Shown: piece after piece, positions 28,405 to 38,882 of the stretch
Layout of the letters: each line of letters opens with the position of its first letter
Position numbering within the stretch: position 1 is the stretch's first letter
NCBI GenBank assembly: GCA_948466395.1
Contig: CAOKAG010000001.1
Location: forward strand, 14,584-78,583
Origin: an uncultured Mycoplasmatota bacterium
GTDB lineage: Bacteria > Bacillota_I > Bacilli_A > RF39 > UBA660
Direction: 5' to 3'
Length of the DNA stretch: 64,000 bases
Notes under the pieces: generated by a model
What the model saw: only the letters and a program-made list of their open reading frames with translations
Databases searched by the model: none
Told to the model about the DNA's origin: nothing
Made by a program: the position numbers and the translations under genes

Positions 28405-28583
28405 CTTTAATTTTTATCTTTTTATATTTTATAATATTTTGTGCTTTGATGTTTACAATTAAAACACAACTTAAAATCATACTTCAATATTTCTGGCATT
28501 TACGGTTTAAAAATCGATAAATTCATCCTAAAAAATAGTATAATTCTCCATTCACTTCGTTTATCAATAGCTAACTATAAAAT

Positions 28584-29405
28584 TCATTTTTTCTGACAAT
28601 TGGGACAATAATAAGTACTTCTCCCATTGATTTTTTCATTTTTTATTTTCGTTTTACATCTTGTACAAGGCTCGTTTTCTTTTTTATGAACATTTAAATT
28701 ATTTTGAAATCTCCCTGTAACCCCTAAACTAGAGGTATAGCTTTTAATGGTTGTACCACCTAAAGAAATCGCTTTTTCAATAATTGTTTTAGATGTATCG
28801 ACTATATTCTGAGCTTCTTCTTTTGTAATTTTACAAGCACTTTTAAATGGATTGATTTTTGATGCAAACAACACTTCATTGGCATAAATGTTTCCAAGTC
28901 CACTGATTATGGTTTGGTCAAGTAATACGCTTTTTATGGGTAGTTTTTTATTTTTGAATTTTTCTAATAAATACTCGCTTGTTAATTCTTTTTCGACAGG
29001 TTCAAAGCCTTGTTTTTGGATGGCCTCTGTTTTTTCTAACTCCTCTTTTTTAATTAAGTTCATTCGTCCAAATTTCCGAGTATCATGGTATCTGAGTTCA
29101 CTTTCATCTTCAAAGGTAAAAATAATATGTTCATGTTTTACAATTTCGTCCTTTTTATTTTTAATAAAAAATTTTCCTTCCATTCTTAAGTGACTTAATA
29201 AATAATAGTCGTGTAATTCAAATATTAACCACTTACCTCTTCGTTTAATATCAATAAATTCGTTGTTTATTAAATTTTGTTTAAAATGTTCTCGATCCCC
29301 TTCAATCATTTTTCCATATAAAATTTGAACATTCGTCATTTTTTTATTTAAAATCTGTTTTTTTAATGTGTTTCTTACGGTTTCTACTTCAGCAATTTCT
29401 GGCAT
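28584..29405 (-). CDS. mutM: Formamidopyrimidine-DNA glycosylase
   Basis: N-terminal MPEIAEVE (catalytic Pro2/Glu3), H2TH region, C-terminal CxxC...CxxC zinc finger. Confidence 0.9.
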   Translation of the reverse strand: MPEIAEVETVRNTLKKQILNKKMTNVQILYGKMIEGDREHFKQNLINNEFIDIKRRGKWLIFELHDYYLLSHLRMEGKFFIKNKKDEIVKHEHIIFTFEDESELRYHDTRKFGRMNLIKKEELEKTEAIQKQGFEPVEKELTSEYLLEKFKNKKLPIKSVLLDQTIISGLGNIYANEVLFASKINPFKSACKITKEEAQNIVDTSKTIIEKAISLGGTTIKSYTSSLGVTGRFQNNLNVHKKENEPCTRCKTKIKNEKINGRSTYYCPNCQKK

Positions 29406-29475
29406 GTTTCCTCCTACTACTTATATTTTTTCAGTTTCAATTCTAATGGATTGTTTTCTTCATATTCTTTCTGTA

Positions 29476-29961
29476 TTATGTAGAACTTTTCTTATCTGTC
29501 ATAAAGATTAGTTCTGTCAAATTCATATCTTCACAATATTGAATTTTTTCCAAATCTTCCACTGGCACTACTCTAACTTTTTTCCGACTCCTCACAAATT
29601 CATCATTTAAATAAGAATAGGAACTTACCATGATATGTGAATAGTTATTCTCTTCGATGTGCCCAGAATATTTTATTATTCTATTATGTCCTTTTGGTTG
29701 AGTTTGATTGTAAATCATTACATCAATTTGTTCGTATTTTATGCCGTTAGAATGAAAACGATAGATACTCCACCATTTATTATCCTCGATTTTCACAAAT
29801 ACAATTTTTATTTTATCTTCTTGACCTTGTAACACAATTTCACCATCGGTGTCATTTATATCTTCATTTGTTATTTTAAATTTATGAAACTGTCTTAAAT
29901 ACTCCATTACAGGTTCGATGTCTATTAATGATGTATTTAACTTTTTTATTATCGTTTCCAT
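29476..29961 (-). CDS. Hypothetical protein (161 aa)
   Basis: ORF only. Confidence 0.35.
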   Translation of the reverse strand: METIIKKLNTSLIDIEPVMEYLRQFHKFKITNEDINDTDGEIVLQGQEDKIKIVFVKIEDNKWWSIYRFHSNGIKYEQIDVMIYNQTQPKGHNRIIKYSGHIEENNYSHIMVSSYSYLNDEFVRSRKKVRVVPVEDLEKIQYCEDMNLTELIFMTDKKSST

Positions 29962-29988
29962 ACGATTCCTCCTTATTTGTTTCTTTCT

Positions 29989-30450
29989 TTATTCTTGATT
30001 GAACATTTTGGTCAGGTCTTCCATTTGAACAAAATTATTTTTATAAGGTATATGAATAAAAATTGCTTTCGTGTCGCTTTCTTCCAACCGTTTTAAAACG
30101 TTATAGTAAACAAAGTTACAATAAGAGGTCCCAGGATTTTCACTTAATCGATAGTCAATTTGGTTTTCTTCTAAAACTTTAGTCAGTTTTTCTACGCAAA
30201 ATGTTGTTTCTACTGTTTTATCCTTTTGTTTACCTATTAATTCTATTGATAATTTTTTAGTTAAGGGTTTTTGGCCAAACATGATGACATAATCGTACTT
30301 TTTTCTATCCAATAGACCGCTCATTTCTTTAATAATTGTTGTATAGTTGTTTGAGAATAAAAATTTATCATAATAATCTGAAATTTTATTCAATAAATCT
30401 TTTGAACTACTTTTTTTAAAACCTGTTAAGAGAACTTTATTTTGTTTCAT
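29989..30450 (-). CDS. Pyroglutamyl-peptidase (C15)-like protein, possibly degenerate
   Basis: VLLTGF N-terminus and GTSYCNFVYY...IFIHIP resemble the Pcp catalytic Cys/His region. Confidence 0.35.
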   Translation of the reverse strand: MKQNKVLLTGFKKSSSKDLLNKISDYYDKFLFSNNYTTIIKEMSGLLDRKKYDYVIMFGQKPLTKKLSIELIGKQKDKTVETTFCVEKLTKVLEENQIDYRLSENPGTSYCNFVYYNVLKRLEESDTKAIFIHIPYKNNFVQMEDLTKMFNQE

Positions 30451-33016
30451 ACCAATTGCTTCCATAATCATTGCTTACTTTTAGAGGAACTTTTAAGTTT
30501 ATCGCGTTCATCATTTTTTCGTTTACAATAGCAGTTACTTGTTCTTTTTCACTTTCGACTAGGTCAATAATCAGTTCATCATGAACTTGGATGACAATTT
30601 TGCTTTTTAAGTTTTGATTTTCTAATTCTTTATAAATATCAATCATAGCCTTTTTAATGATGTCTGCACTGGTTCCTTGAATTGGAGTGTTTAATGCGAT
30701 TCTTTCTCCAGCTTGACGCACCATATAATTACCTGAATTTAATTCTTCAATCACTCTTTTTCGATTGAAAAGAGTTCTAACTGAGCCTTCCATATAAGCT
30801 TCTTTTACAATATTATCCATATAATTTTTGACTCCAGGGTAGAGCTCATAGTATTTTTGAATAAACTTTTTGGCTTCTTTGGTCTCCATTTCTAAGTTTT
30901 CTCCTAAACCAAAACCACTAATTCCGTAGACAATTCCAAAAATAACGGCTTTAGCGGTTGAACGCATGTTTTTACTGACTTCTACTTCTGATACACCATA
31001 GATGTCACTTGCTACTTTGGTGTGAATGTCACCATCATTATTAAAGGTATCAATGAGTTCTTGGCAATCAGAAATGTGAGCTAATATTCGAAGTTCAATT
31101 TGAGAGTAATCGGCACTAAAAAATAAGTCGTTGCTTGGTAAAAAGGCTTTTCTTATTTTTCTTCCTTCTTCGTCTTTAACAGGAATGTTTTGAATGTTTG
31201 GTTCTACGGAAGAAAGTCGGCCAGTTCTTGTTAAGGTTTGCTTAAAAATCGTATGGACTTTGCCATCTGTATCAATAAAGTTTTCTAAACCTTCAACATA
31301 AGTCGAATAGATTTTTGTTAAATTACGGTATTCTAAAACTTTAGCGATGACTGGGTGTTCATTTAATAATTTATGCATCACTTTGGCATCGGTTTTATAA
31401 CCTTTTTGGGTTTTAACCCCTCCAGGAAGGCCTAATTTTATGAAAAGAATTTCTCCAAGTTGTTTGGTGCTAGCAATATTAAATTCTTCTCCTACTAAAT
31501 TATAAATCTCATGTGTTATGGCATCAATTTTAACTTTCAATTCTTCTTTCATTTCATCTAAAACGCTTTTATCTAATTTTACACCAGTTGTTTCCATCGA
31601 GGTTAAAACACTAGCAAGAGGCATTTCAATGTTTTCAAATAAGTCTAAGCTCTCTTCTTTTCTAAGACTTGCCATGTATTTTTCTTTTGTATCCAAAATG
31701 TATAAGCTTTTAAGGGCAAGAATTTGAGCCAATTTCTCTTTATCGAGCGCTTTGTCAGAAATTAGTTCTTCATAAAAAGGGACATCGTAGCCTTCTGGTT
31801 TCATTAAATAAGCTAAGTCATCTTTAATGTTATAATTCAGTAAGTAGCTCGCTAGCATTAAATCATAGTTTACTTCTGGTAATTGTAATTTCAATTTATT
31901 TAACGCTACTTTATTTTTTTTCAAGTCGAAGGTTAAAAGTGTTTTTCCTTCTAATAAGGGAAGAACTTTTTCAATCAAGGTGGGTTCAATGTAATACGTG
32001 TTATTTTGGTCACTTAAAGAAAGCCCTAAAAGGTTCGCTTGATGGTAATTTGGAGCGTCTAATTCAAGATAAAAAGCCACTGTATTTTCGAGTTTAATGT
32101 CTTCAACGGACTGGACCATTTTCAAGTTTTTTATTTCTTTTGCTTTTTCTTGTTTATTCATTTTTTTTAAGAAAGAATAAAACTCCAGTTCTTCAAAAAT
32201 TAAAGTTAAGTCGGTGCTTTCGGTAGGAATGTATTTTAAGTCGTTTAAATCTTTAATTTCCAATGGGACGTCATTATAAATTGTTGCAATTTCTTTACTC
32301 ATAAAGGCGTTTGCTTTATCGATTTCTAATTTTTCTTTGGCTTTTCCTTTGACTTCATCAATATGTTCATAAAGATTTTCAATGGTTTTATAGGTTGCAA
32401 GTAAGTTAAGAGCTGTTTTTTCACCAATGCCTTTTACACCAGGAATGTTATCGGATGCGTCTCCTGCTAATGCTTTTAAGTCAATGATGTTTATCGGTTC
32501 GATTTGAAAGTCCGCAAAGAAAGTGATCGGGTTGTAACGTATGTGCCCTTTTTGTTTTAAAAGTTTAACATCAATTTGTTCATTGATTAATTGTAAAAGG
32601 TCTCGATCACTTGAAACAATGGTTCCAATAAATTCTGGGTCCTCCACCACTTTTTTAGAAAGCGTCCCAATAATGTCGTCCGCTTCATAAGGTTCTAATT
32701 CAAAGTATTTGATACCCATAGCGCTTAATATTTTTCTGGCATAAGGCATCTGCATAATTAGTTCGTTTGGGGTATCTTTTCTTCCTTCTTTATAAAACGC
32801 GTATTTTTCTTTTCGAAAGTTCTTTCCTATGTCAAAGGCAACGGCCATGTATTCTGGATTTTCTTCCTCAATGATTTTATAAATCATTGATACAAAACCA
32901 TAAATGGCATTGGTGGGAAACCCTTTGGAATTTTTCATCATCGAGCCTGAATAAGCGGTAGCGTAATAACTACGAAATAGCAAGTTGTTCCCATCTACTA
33001 AAATTATTTTTTTCAT
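30437..33016 (-). CDS. polA: DNA polymerase I (5'-3' exonuclease + 3'-5' exonuclease-like + polymerase domains)
   Basis: Full-length collinear PolA motifs (RRxxKxxNFGxxYG-like KAVIFGIVYG, QVHDEL); start refined to MKKIILVDG after a GGAGG RBS. Confidence 0.95.
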   Translation of the reverse strand: MKKIILVDGNNLLFRSYYATAYSGSMMKNSKGFPTNAIYGFVSMIYKIIEEENPEYMAVAFDIGKNFRKEKYAFYKEGRKDTPNELIMQMPYARKILSAMGIKYFELEPYEADDIIGTLSKKVVEDPEFIGTIVSSDRDLLQLINEQIDVKLLKQKGHIRYNPITFFADFQIEPINIIDLKALAGDASDNIPGVKGIGEKTALNLLATYKTIENLYEHIDEVKGKAKEKLEIDKANAFMSKEIATIYNDVPLEIKDLNDLKYIPTESTDLTLIFEELEFYSFLKKMNKQEKAKEIKNLKMVQSVEDIKLENTVAFYLELDAPNYHQANLLGLSLSDQNNTYYIEPTLIEKVLPLLEGKTLLTFDLKKNKVALNKLKLQLPEVNYDLMLASYLLNYNIKDDLAYLMKPEGYDVPFYEELISDKALDKEKLAQILALKSLYILDTKEKYMASLRKEESLDLFENIEMPLASVLTSMETTGVKLDKSVLDEMKEELKVKIDAITHEIYNLVGEEFNIASTKQLGEILFIKLGLPGGVKTQKGYKTDAKVMHKLLNEHPVIAKVLEYRNLTKIYSTYVEGLENFIDTDGKVHTIFKQTLTRTGRLSSVEPNIQNIPVKDEEGRKIRKAFLPSNDLFFSADYSQIELRILAHISDCQELIDTFNNDGDIHTKVASDIYGVSEVEVSKNMRSTAKAVIFGIVYGISGFGLGENLEMETKEAKKFIQKYYELYPGVKNYMDNIVKEAYMEGSVRTLFNRKRVIEELNSGNYMVRQAGERIALNTPIQGTSADIIKKAMIDIYKELENQNLKSKIVIQVHDELIIDLVESEKEQVTAIVNEKMMNAINLKVPLKVSNDYGSNWYETK

Positions 33017-33061
33017 ACTTCCTCCATATAACTTTATATATTCAAGTATAGCATACATTTT

Positions 33062-33952
33062 TTATTTCTTTTCTTTTTTTAATAAAGATTCAATAAACAA
33101 ATGGCTTCCTTTGGATAAATAATCATTTTTTAAAGCAATGATACCAAAGTCTCTTTTGGGGAAAGTGGGTGTTGTCATTAGTTCAAATAATTCATGATTT
33201 TCTAGTTCTTTTTTGACATATTGTTTGGTTACCACTCCTATTCCATACCCTATTTTTGTAAATTCAATTAAAAGATTTGAACTGGATATTTCCATAACGC
33301 TATGAAGTTTTATTTTATTTTTCTCACAAAATGTTTCAAAATATTCTCGGGAACTTGAGGGTTTCTTTTGAATTAATATCGGGTAATTGGTCAGTTCTTT
33401 TATATTAATGGTTTTATTTATTAATTCTTTATAGTCTTTATTAATAATAAAAATGTCTTGCATTTCTCCAATCTTGATATAAGAAAATTCATCATTGATT
33501 TTAAAAGGAAATTTAGCAACAATAAAATCTATTTTTCCTTTTTTCAGTTCTTCTTTTAATATCATGGTAGGATCAGTACTTATTTCAAATATTACTTCGT
33601 TGTATTTTTTGTGAAATGCTTTTATATATTTCATTAAGTAGGTTTTGGTTAAAGTGGTTGAGATACCAATTCGAATGGTTGTTTTTAAATTTTTATCGTT
33701 ATCCATCAATTTTTTTTCGGCCATGTCGAAGGCATTTAATCCATTTTTTATATCGTTAAAAATCAGCTCTCCAGCGGGTGTTAAAAAAACTCCTTTTTGA
33801 CTTCTAAAAAATAATTTACAATTTAAGTGTTCTTCTAATTTTTTGATTTGATTTGTAATGGCTGGTTGAGAAATATTTAATTTTTTACTAGCTTTTGATA
33901 TGCTTTTTGAGATTGCTACCTCATAAAATAAGTTCCACCAATCTAAATTCAT
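33062..33952 (-). CDS. LysR-family transcriptional regulator
   Basis: N-terminal HTH (ISKASKKLNISQPAITNQIKKLE) plus a substrate-binding domain. Confidence 0.85.
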   Translation of the reverse strand: MNLDWWNLFYEVAISKSISKASKKLNISQPAITNQIKKLEEHLNCKLFFRSQKGVFLTPAGELIFNDIKNGLNAFDMAEKKLMDNDKNLKTTIRIGISTTLTKTYLMKYIKAFHKKYNEVIFEISTDPTMILKEELKKGKIDFIVAKFPFKINDEFSYIKIGEMQDIFIINKDYKELINKTINIKELTNYPILIQKKPSSSREYFETFCEKNKIKLHSVMEISSSNLLIEFTKIGYGIGVVTKQYVKKELENHELFELMTTPTFPKRDFGIIALKNDYLSKGSHLFIESLLKKEKK

Positions 33953-34043
33953 TATAACTCCTTATTATAATAACTATAAGTTATATATATTTTTATTATA
34001 AAAAAAGTTGTGTTATATTGTCAAGTAAAGGAAGGTTCGTTGT

Positions 34044-34694
34044 ATGAGTTTGGAAGATGTAGAAAAGATGTATCAAGAGTTAGAAGAATTAAGTTATAAG
34101 TTGGGATTTGTAAATACCCAAAAAGCGTTGCCATTTGCAAAACGGGTTCATGAAGGAAAGTATCGTCGGGGGAATGGTCTTCCCTATATTAGTCACCCAC
34201 TTTTTGTAGCCACTTATTTTAAAAATAGAGGGATTATAAATGATGAAGCTTGGGCCACAGGATTGCTTCATGATACTGTTGAAGACGTACCTGGTTGTGG
34301 TTTTGATTTGCAACCTTTTAGTGATTCTATTAAAAGACGCGTTCATCTCTTAGATTTTAAAAAAGGTTTATTAGAAAAAAGGAAAGCTCAACTCATTTAT
34401 ATGGAAAAGATTTTAAATGATGATTGGATTACAAATCTTACTAAAGATATTGATCGCTTTCATAATTTGTTAACTACTAAAGGGGCTTTTACTCCTTCTA
34501 AACTTGAAGATTACTTAGACGAAACCATTGCTTTGTTTTATCCTATTTTTCCAGCTCAACAACAAAAGTTTTCAGATTATTCGATGGAATTTTGCGATTT
34601 AGAAAAGAGAATTAAAAATTCTGTAAATGAACTGGATACTAATGGTTTATTTCAAAAAGAAAACAAAAGAATTTTACAATTTAAAGTCAGTTGA
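34044..34694 (+). CDS. HD-domain metal-dependent phosphohydrolase (YpgQ/YfbR-like)
   Basis: H...HD...D signature (YISHP ... LLHDTVED). Confidence 0.65.
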   Translation: MSLEDVEKMYQELEELSYKLGFVNTQKALPFAKRVHEGKYRRGNGLPYISHPLFVATYFKNRGIINDEAWATGLLHDTVEDVPGCGFDLQPFSDSIKRRVHLLDFKKGLLEKRKAQLIYMEKILNDDWITNLTKDIDRFHNLLTTKGAFTPSKLEDYLDETIALFYPIFPAQQQKFSDYSMEFCDLEKRIKNSVNELDTNGLFQKENKRILQFKVS

Positions 34695-34767
34695 ACTTGA
34701 AATCAGTTCTTTTTTTATTTAGAATACAAAGTCTAGGATACAATATACAAAAAAATAAAATATCTTT

Positions 34768-35531
34768 ATGAAGGAAAGTATAATAAAAGCAATCTAGAAC
34801 TTTTTAAGGCTATTCTTACTGACTATCAAAAGTACACTAACGATCTGCAATTAGACAATTCTTTCATTGGGTATGAAGAATTATTTAATACCCTACATTT
34901 TAAAATTTTAGATCATAACCAAAATATTGAATTATTTTATCATTTATTAGAAAAATATCATTATCGATTCTCACATTCGATTTTACTTTTTATTTCTTCT
35001 ATTTGTAATGCTACTTATTCCAATACAGAAAATTATTTTATTGAGTGTTATAAGCGCTCTCCTTTTATAACGGATATAAAAAAAGAGAAGGATTTTTACA
35101 AAATTGACTTAGGAAAAGAAAAATTTCTATTTCAAAAAGCTCCTCTTTATTTTCATGAACTAGAGTATTCGTCTTTAGAAAAACTTGCGCAAAGTCAAAA
35201 GCTTTCAGACTGTTGTCATGACAGTACTTATGAAATATGTAAAAACTTAGAAAATAGTCAAGCATTTACAGTCTTATGTCCACAAGCTTTTTTAGGACAG
35301 TATTATCATTCTTTTAGTGTTTATCAAAATCAGTGTATTGATTTAAACTATAATTGTGTTCTAGAAAAAGAAATGTATTTTTCTTTATTAAAGCCAGAAG
35401 TTATAGAAATTATTGATCATATCAATTTAGATAAAGAATTGAAAAATTATGAATATTCTAGTGGTAAGTTGTTATTTTCTGCATTAGACAATCAAATAAG
35501 ATCAAGATTAAATAATAAAAAGAGAAACTAA
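34768..35531 (+). pseudogene. About 254-codon hypothetical gene with an apparent -1 frameshift in an A4 run about 20 nt after its ATG. The main ORF at 34737..35531 has no ATG/GTG/TTG start.
   Basis: ATG AAG GAA AGT ATA ATA AAA|GCA ATC TAG stops after 9 codons, while the overlapping frame is open for 264 codons (…SNLELFKAILTDYQKYTNDL…NNKKRN*). Inserting one A would restore a single ORF. The product is Cys/His/Tyr-rich and cytoplasmic. Confidence 0.45.
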
Positions 35532-35532
35532 T

Positions 35533-37182
35533 TTATTTAATTTCTCCTTTTTCTATGTAATAAACTTTATCTGCAATTTCTTTACAATTTTCATTTGCTG
35601 AAAAAATAATAATGGTTTTCTTTCCTTTAAAGTTTTTTAAAACTTTTTTAATAAGTTCTTCATCTTTATTAGATAAATAACTTGGAAATTCATATAGGAC
35701 TAATATTTCACTATTTGTTAAAAGAAGTCTAGCGAAAGAAAGAAGATAACTTTCTCTTAGGGATAAATCCTTAATCTGGGTTTCCAATCCTCCTTTTTTT
35801 ATTATGTCATCAAATAAGGTTACACTTTTTAAAGTTTCAATTATTTTTTCTTTATTGTTACAAATTAATTTTAGATTACTATAAACTGTGCCATCATAAA
35901 AGTAAGGTTTAGTTACAATGTAATTAATATTAGTGCGATATACTTTTTTATTAAAGTCCATAATGTTAATTTTATCGATGTAACAATTTCCACTGTTTGG
36001 GGCAATAACTCTTCTCATTAGGTAAAAGATGGTTCTTTTCCCACTACTTCTTGTTCCTTTAAATAATACTATTTTATTACTAGGGATATGAAAATTAATA
36101 TTTTTTATTTCTGATAAGCCAATATCTTCTTTTGTAGGTTTATAGGACACATCTACAAAGTCGATTTCGCCTTCTATGTCGTCTTTATTTAAGTTTCCTA
36201 TAGGGAGTTCTTCTTTTAAGTCAAAATTTAAAATGATGCTTACACGATTAGTAGCGACATAAGCATTTTTGAGCTCTTTTAAAATACTTAAAAAATCAAT
36301 ACTATTGGTTACACTATCTGTGAGATAAGAGACAATAACAAAATAAACAGTTAATGTAACTAAATCATGAGAAAGTAAAAAAACTAAAAATAATGTACCC
36401 ACGTAAATAACGATTCGACAAAATAAGAAAAAATAATGATCTAAATAGGATGTTTTTACGGTCAATTCGTGTTTGGCTTTTAAAAAGTTATCATTACTTT
36501 TTCGGTACTTATCTTTCATTTTTTTGGTAATGTTTAAATCTTCTAACATGTATTTTGAATCGATGATTTCAGAAAAAACTAAAAATTCATCGTCAATGGT
36601 TTCTTTGACTTTTTTATTGGCTTTACTAATGGAGTTATTTATGCGATCCGTAATAAAGTAGTTCATTATAAGAACGACTATGAGTAAACATCCTACTGGA
36701 ATATTGATTCCAAACATATAGCCTATGGTTAGAATAATTTGAAATAAATAACGAAATTTATTACAAATGGTATCCGAAAACTTGGCTACATCGTAGACTT
36801 CACTATGAAAGATATTGATGAGTTTTTCTTTAGAATGCATACTAAAATTTTTTTCTTTGCCTTTAATTATTTTTTCAAATATTTGAGATTGAATGTTTTT
36901 ATAAGAAACGCCAACTAGAGGAACCGTGTTTCGATAATTCAAATCCCAAGATAGAGCCCTTAGAAACATAAAAAATAAGACTAAACTGGTACAAATAATA
37001 GCCATATTGTAATTACTATCAGCTAAACTTGTTGTTACTTTAGCGGCAAACATGGCTTCAGATAATAAACAAACGCTTGGTATAGCAACGGTTACGAATT
37101 GATAAATCCAATACCCTTTATGAGGTTTTGCTAAGTTGTACCACGTTTTAAACATTTTAATATTTTCTCTCATAAACTTCAC
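35533..37182 (-). CDS. ABC transporter with fused N-terminal 6-TM permease and a C-terminal ATP-binding domain carrying degenerate motifs
   Basis: Exporter-type TMD; Walker A GTRSSGKRT (non-canonical R after GK); signature region LSLRES instead of LSGGQ; Walker B ILVLYEF. Confidence 0.65.
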   Translation of the reverse strand: MKFMRENIKMFKTWYNLAKPHKGYWIYQFVTVAIPSVCLLSEAMFAAKVTTSLADSNYNMAIICTSLVLFFMFLRALSWDLNYRNTVPLVGVSYKNIQSQIFEKIIKGKEKNFSMHSKEKLINIFHSEVYDVAKFSDTICNKFRYLFQIILTIGYMFGINIPVGCLLIVVLIMNYFITDRINNSISKANKKVKETIDDEFLVFSEIIDSKYMLEDLNITKKMKDKYRKSNDNFLKAKHELTVKTSYLDHYFFLFCRIVIYVGTLFLVFLLSHDLVTLTVYFVIVSYLTDSVTNSIDFLSILKELKNAYVATNRVSIILNFDLKEELPIGNLNKDDIEGEIDFVDVSYKPTKEDIGLSEIKNINFHIPSNKIVLFKGTRSSGKRTIFYLMRRVIAPNSGNCYIDKINIMDFNKKVYRTNINYIVTKPYFYDGTVYSNLKLICNNKEKIIETLKSVTLFDDIIKKGGLETQIKDLSLRESYLLSFARLLLTNSEILVLYEFPSYLSNKDEELIKKVLKNFKGKKTIIIFSANENCKEIADKVYYIEKGEIK

Positions 37183-37228
37183 CTATTTTAATTAGACTAT
37201 AGCACAAAATTCGACAAAAAAAAAGAGC

Positions 37229-37789
37229 TTAGGCTCTACTTGAATATTTTCCATCTTTTGTTGAAACGATAATGCTTTCGCCAGTCTCAATAAATAGAGG
37301 AACTTTCACTTTATACCCCGTTTCTAATGTTGCATCTTTCATTGCATTATTGGCGGTATTTCCTTTAACGGCTGGTTCTGTCTCTGTTACTACAAATTCA
37401 ATTTTTTCTGGTAAAGTGATTCCAATGATTTCTCCTTCATAGAAGTCAATTAAAATTTCTAAGTTTTCTTTTAAAAATTTCTTATCTTCTCCTAAAACAC
37501 TAGAATTGATTTCTACTTGTTCATAAGTATTTGTATCCATAAATACATAGTTTTCTCCACTTTCATATAAATATTGCATTGGAGATTTTGTAACGTGAGC
37601 TTTATCTACTTTAGTCCCAGAGTTAAAAGAGACTTCAGTAATAGAACCTGTTTTTAAATTCTTTAACTTCATTTTTACAAAAGCTGCACCTTTTCCAGGT
37701 TTTACGTGAGAAAAGTCTTGAACGACACAAGGAGCTCCTTCTACCATAATGGTCATACCGTTCTTAATATCATTAACACTAACATTCAT
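37229..37789 (-). CDS. efp: Elongation factor P
   Basis: Full-length EF-P with the KPGKG loop. Confidence 0.95.
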   Translation of the reverse strand: MNVSVNDIKNGMTIMVEGAPCVVQDFSHVKPGKGAAFVKMKLKNLKTGSITEVSFNSGTKVDKAHVTKSPMQYLYESGENYVFMDTNTYEQVEINSSVLGEDKKFLKENLEILIDFYEGEIIGITLPEKIEFVVTETEPAVKGNTANNAMKDATLETGYKVKVPLFIETGESIIVSTKDGKYSSRA

Positions 37790-37803
37790 TTAAAGTGCCT
37801 CCT

Positions 37804-37977
37804 TTATTTTCCTAATTTTGTTTCTTTAAAAATGGTTGCCTTTTTGCATTTTTTACAATAAAGATGAAATTCCATTTTATCTGGATCATTCTTTTTGTTT
37901 TTTATTTTTGGTCTTCTTGAGTATCCACATTCTGTACATTTAAGACCAAAAAATACTCGGTTGAGATTTTTTGCCAT
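37804..37977 (-). CDS. rpmG: 50S ribosomal protein L33 (57 aa; absent from the ORF track because under 60 aa)
   Basis: Manual translation gives MAKNLNRVFFGLKCTECGYSRRPKIKNKKNDPDKMEFHLYCKKCKKATIFKETKLGK, an L33 with a C4 zinc ribbon. Confidence 0.8.
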   Translation of the reverse strand: MAKNLNRVFFGLKCTECGYSRRPKIKNKKNDPDKMEFHLYCKKCKKATIFKETKLGK

Positions 37978-38054
37978 GTAAGATACCTCGCTTTCTAATT
38001 AATCTATATGTATTATAAGGGATAAATTCTATTTTTTCAAACTTTTTTTATCAT

Positions 38055-38730
38055 TTATTCTGTTTTAAACATGTCTTTTATTTCTTCCTTCGTTAATCCA
38101 GTTAATTTAATAATCGTTTCTGTATCAAATTTTTCTTTTATCATTTTCTTCGCAATTTCGATTGAATTTTGTTTTGCGCCTTCTTTTAAGCCTTCCCTTA
38201 ATCCTTCTTTCAATCCTTCTTCTTTCATTTCTTCATCAATTTGTCTTTGTAATTCTTCAGCACTACAATAAAACATTTCATCGAAAATTTGAGTATTACT
38301 TTTAATATTTTCTTTTACCATTTTTACTTCATTATCTCCTTTATAGATACACATCTACAGTATTAATATTAATCATAGTTACTGGTTTTATCTCTTTGTA
38401 CTTTTTAGAATTTGTAACTTGTCTTAACGTTAATTGGAATAAATAGGTCATGCTTTTTACTTTAAACGTCGTACTTCTACTGTAATTAATTTCAATGCCA
38501 AAATATTTTTTTTCGTTATAAAAAGGAACATCTCCAATTGAATTGACAATATGGATATTGCTTCCAATATCAGGGTGCACTAATTCTAAATTATCTTTGA
38601 ATTCTTCTATAGGAATCCCCGTGGTATGAGCAATAATTCTTGCTACATAATTTCTGATATTCTTATCTTCACTCCCTAATATTTTTTTGATTAAACTATC
38701 TTTAAGATAGAGGATTTTAAACTCTTGCAT
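38055..38730 (-). pseudogene. Rpn/YhgA-like PD-(D/E)XK nuclease ('putative transposase' TIGR01784 family) split by a frameshift into ORFs of 129 aa and 99 aa
   Basis: First ORF has ...GDVPFYNEKKYFGIEINYS... and KVKSMTYLFQLTLRQV..KKYKEIKPV, resembling the Rpn core. Second ORF has EGLKEGLREGLKEGAKQ...IAKKMI..G...E.I DUF4351-like repeats. The two ORFs overlap at 38341..38354 in different frames. Confidence 0.5.
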
Positions 38731-38882
38731 TTTATGCCTCCCTACTATTATCTATAGACATAAAATTGGTTTTTTCCTTTTTTTAAAAGCACTTTATTTT
38801 TCTTGTGTGCTTTCTCCTTTACTAAATTCTTTATTTATCAAATTTAATGTTTCTAATCTTTTACCATATATCTCAAATCTTT

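Noticed and set aside
34044-35531. Readthrough fusion of the HD-domain gene with the downstream start-less ORF (same reading frame)
   Set aside because: Three in-frame stops (TGA 34692, TGA 34698, TAG 34734) and a small hairpin/T-run separate them, so they are separate genes.
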